Of a stretch of DNA of 64,000 nt, positions 60,696-64,000 are shown piece after piece. How positions within the stretch are numbered: the first letter of the stretch is position 1; each line of letters starts with the position of its first letter. The stretch comes from Alphaproteobacteria bacterium (GTDB lineage Bacteria; Pseudomonadota; Alphaproteobacteria; MPNO01; UBA830), in the NCBI GenBank assembly GCA_964291215.2, contig OZ219790.1, positions 352,001 to 416,000 of the forward strand, given 5' to 3'. Under the pieces are notes generated by a model, which searched no databases, was not told the DNA's origin, and saw only the letters and a list, made by a program, of their open reading frames with translations. Made by a program: the position numbers and the translations under genes.

Positions 60696-61973
60696 TAGTA
60701 GTCTGACATTATTGGATTGACGGATATAGTGACTTCAGTTTCGTCCGGGCATCCTTCGTCGTGAAACGCCAGTCGACAGTGACATCGGCCGCATTGCGGC
60801 GCTCGACCCACGCCACGGTCTCCCGCAGCATGGTGTCGCGGTCGGGAATGCGTCGCCGAAGGCATTGCCGCGACAGCGCGCCGCTCTCGATCTCGGCCAT
60901 GTTGAGCCAGCTTCCATGCTTCGGCGTATAGCGAAACTCGAACCGTTTTCGCACCCGCCTCTTCGGGCTCGAAGGCTTCATACAGTGACTGTGCGTGTTC
61001 AGATTGTCCAGCACGATCTTCCTGTCGGGGAAATGGTCGTCGGCAAGCTCCCGGATGAAGTGCGCCCAGTCCCGCGGCGGTCGGTGACTTTCACCGTGCG
61101 CCAGTTCTCGTTGGGCGCAAAGGCCATGAAGAGGTTGGCCGTACCGTTGCGCTCATATTCATAGTCGACCACCTCCGGCTGACCGGGAGACGGGGGATGC
61201 GGGTTTCCTTCGTCTGCTGCCGGCTGGTTTCATCCATGCACACCAGCACCTCGTCCTTGGCAAAGTCCCGCTGATAAATGTCAAGCACATCCGCCGCCAC
61301 GAACTGTGCGCTCCGGTGCGGTGGAATGCACCAGTACTGCTTCAGCCACGGCTTGATCTCCTTTTTTTTAGCGTCTTCCTGACCGTCTCTTCCGAAATGC
61401 TCTCGACGATCTCCATCTCCACCAGACGGCCGGCAAGCAGCTTCAGCGTCCAGCGGGCACAGCCCTCGGGCGGAGACGAACAGGGCGATCAGCTTCGCCT
61501 CCATCGCCCCGTCCAGCCGTTTCGGCCGACGGTTCACCTGCTCCTTGCGGCTGAGGGCGGCCTCCAGCCCCTCCAGGACGCAGCACTTGCGCAAGCGCTC
61601 AACCGTCGCCGTGCCGATGCCCAGCCCTTGCGCAATGTCGGCATCGACAAGCGCCGTCGCGCCCCTCAGCATCAGAACCTGTGCCCGGCGCCGACGCCAG
61701 GCGGCCCCGGTGCCGTCGACGATCGCCTTCAGATCCTGGCGCTCCTGCGCTGAAAGGGTCACGCGGTAGAGCTTCCTACCCCGAGAGTTGGCCATATACG
61801 TTGCTCCTGTCATTGCGCCGCTCCCGTTGTCCGGACCTGCACATGGGGCTGCGGCTGCCTGCCTGTTCTGTATCTTGCCCGTGTGGATATCGACACTGTC
61901 CGGATTCCAACAGATGCCGACACGGAAATACTACCCACCAAAAACCATCAATACAATGCCGGTGGGACTACTA
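60696..61973 (-). mobile_element. IS630-family element (second type), degenerate
   Basis: CTAGTAGTC inverted ends; orfA from 61795; A7G slippage run near 61361-61369; VCMDET, LDNLNTH and YTPKHGSWLNMAEIE motifs. Confidence 0.92.
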
Positions 61974-62263
61974 GGGGCGAGGCGGCCTTCGGCGCACCGC
62001 GGCGGCCACGGGGATGCACGGTGATCTCTCCGGCGTTTGCCACGGCGTGCCGGGACGATGCTGGCCTCGGGCACCAGCTCAACGAGCCTGTGCCCGGACG
62101 CGGGGCGTGTCGCACAGCACCTTCAACGAGAGCCTGCGGTCGGGTGTCATCAAGGCTCCGGTGATCGACGAACTCAACCAGACCAAGACGGTCTATCCGG
62201 GAACAAGCTTCCGCATCGTCTACGACATCAACGGCGCAACACTCCAAAATCGTCTCACTTAAC

Positions 62264-64000
62264 CCGAAGTTCCCGCCGATTTCAGCAGAAAAATCACGAC
62301 AACTGCTTGATTGTGTTGACAAAATAAGGCGATGATGACGTGAAAATGTTCCCATGTAATTATGAATTTTTCCCTTGATACATTGAGCTTTCATCCCTAT
62401 ATAGGTTGCCATGTACGTAGACATCGTCCCCAACCGCAACTCACCCCCCGCCGTCCTCCTGCGCGAAGGATGGCGCGAGAACGGCAAGGTCAAGAAGCGC
62501 ACCATCGCCAATCTCTCCTCCTGGCCCATGGAGAAGGTCGAGACCCTGCGGCGCCTCTTGAAGAACAAACCCCTCGGTGACGATGCCTTCGACATCGTCC
62601 GCTCCCTTCCCCATGTCGCCGCGGTGCTGGGAACCCTGAAGAAGCTGGACAGGCTGATCGATCCGAAGCCCTCGCGCGATCAGGTCCTGGCCATGATCGT
62701 GGCACGCATCCTCGAGCCGGCCTCGAAGCTGGCCACGGCTAGGGGGCTGGCCGAGGCCACAGCGGTCTCTACCCTGGGCGAGATCCTCGATGCGGAGATG
62801 GACGAGGACGCCCTCTACGGCGCCTGGCTCCTGGAGCGTCAGGAGAGGATCGAGCGGTCCCTGGCGAAGCGGCGCCTCGAAGAGGGCTGCCTGGTGCTCT
62901 ATGACCTGACTTCAGTGTGGATGGAGGGGTGTCCCTTGGCCAAACGGGGTCATTCCCGGGACGGCAAGAAGGGCAAGCTGCAGATCGAGTTCGGCCTCCT
63001 GTGCGATCGGGACGGCTGTCCAGTGTCGGTGGAAGTGTTCCCCGGCAACACGGCGGACCCCGGGACGGTTGCGTCACAGATCACCACGCTGCAGGAGCGC
63101 TTCTCCCTTGCGAAGGTGGTGCTGGTGGGAGACCGGGGGATGCTGACCGAGGCGCGGATACGCGAGGAGGTGAAGCCCGCAGGCCTGGACTGGATCAGCG
63201 CCTTGAGGGGCATCCGCGCCCTTGTGGAGGCCGGCGACATCGAGATGTCGCTCTTCGACGAGAGGGACCTGGTGGAGATCACCAGCGATGCGTATCCCGG
63301 CGAACGCCTCTGCCGCAACCCCCTGCTGGCCGAGGACCGGAAGCGCCAGGAACTGCTCGAGGCCACCGAGGCCCTGCTTGAACCGATCGCAGCAGCGACA
63401 CGGCGCGACAAGCGCCGTCTCAAGGGTGCCGGGAAGATCGGGGAGCGGAAGGTCATCGGCAAGTACAAGATGGCGAAGCACTTCACGTGGTCCATCGACG
63501 ACGACGGTGTCTTCACCTATGGGCGCGATGAGGCTGCCATCGCCGCCGAGGCCAGGCTCGACGGCCTCTACGTGATCCGCACCAGCCTGCCGCAGAGCGA
63601 GCTCGACGGTCCCGGCGCGGTGCGCGCCTACAAGCGGTTGAGTTCGGTGGAACGGGCCTTCCGCAGCCTGAAGACCGTGGATCTGAAGGTCCGTCCCCAC
63701 CGCCCCGGGCCCATGTCTTCCTGTGCATGCTCGCCTACTACATCGAATGGCACATGCGACTGAAGCCCATGCTGTTCGACGACGAGGATGCCGAAGGCGC
63801 CCTTCCGTCGTGGCGCCAGCAGAGGTCTCGGCGAGCGCCCGGGCCAAGGCGGCAACCAAGAGGACACCCGGGGGTGGCACAGCTTCTCCACCCTCATCGA
63901 CGATCTCGCCACCCGCAACACCGTGGCGCCCCGCCTTGCGGGCGCCCAACCCTTCCAGGTCACCACGCGGCCCACGCCGCTCCAGAAAAAGGCCCTGGAC
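62264..64000 (+). mobile_element. IS1634-family element, second long copy (inverted relative to 57877-59739), runs off the window
   Basis: CCGAAGTTCCCGCCG terminus; ORF 62411-63763 MYVDIVPNRNSPPAVLLREGWRE..; frameshift near 63700. Confidence 0.95.

Noticed and set aside
61974-62262. Degraded gene fragment, perhaps Cache-domain-like, between IS630 and IS1634
   Set aside because: The resemblance is too weak and frameshifted to support a call.
57877-64000. Composite transposon or invertible segment between inverted IS1634 copies
   Set aside because: The first copy has its own TSD inside IS66, indicating independent insertion; the second copy's end is outside the window.

Overview
GC-rich bacterial DNA, most consistent with an alphaproteobacterium (inferred from the cinA-like/sfsA/map block and the enzyme set). 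Intact catabolic genes alternate with IS-riddled defence islands. (1) 1-1.5 kb: CoxS-like Fe-S subunit and a luciferase-like monooxygenase. (2) 1.8-11.4 kb: decaying defence island with an intact Fic gene, an intact AbiEi/AbiEii pair, a SauUSI-like PLD-helicase broken by an ISKra4-derived MITE and an IS630, and nested IS66/IS1634/IS256/IS30/IS110 stumps. (3) 11.4-45.9 kb: hydantoinase A/B, SDRs, a form-II CoxL-like molybdoenzyme, a cupin trio, GH3 plus Ntn-acylase, sfsA/map, Qor, a CYP116-like P450, a UbiD enzyme closely resembling phthaloyl-CoA decarboxylase, an MFS transporter, two cysteine-dioxygenase-like paralogues and a pipecolate-oxidase-like/SDR/mu-crystallin operon, with an IS cluster at 18.4-23.2 kb. 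(4) 45.9-64 kb: second defence island with an intact Dsr1-like sirtuin, a resolvase-linked nucleotidyltransferase module bracketed by a 44-45 bp direct repeat, a broken Rad50-like ATPase, and IS30, IS66 (with nested IS1634), IS3, IS630 and IS1634 elements. No rRNA, tRNA or CRISPR array was seen. Best leads: the repeat-bracketed cassette-like NTase module, micro-deletions concentrated in multicopy IS DNA (biology or assembly artefact), the orphan phthaloyl-CoA-decarboxylase-like gene beside a P450, the GH3/acylase pair and the split cupin pair. All family calls are by motif recognition; no database searches were run.
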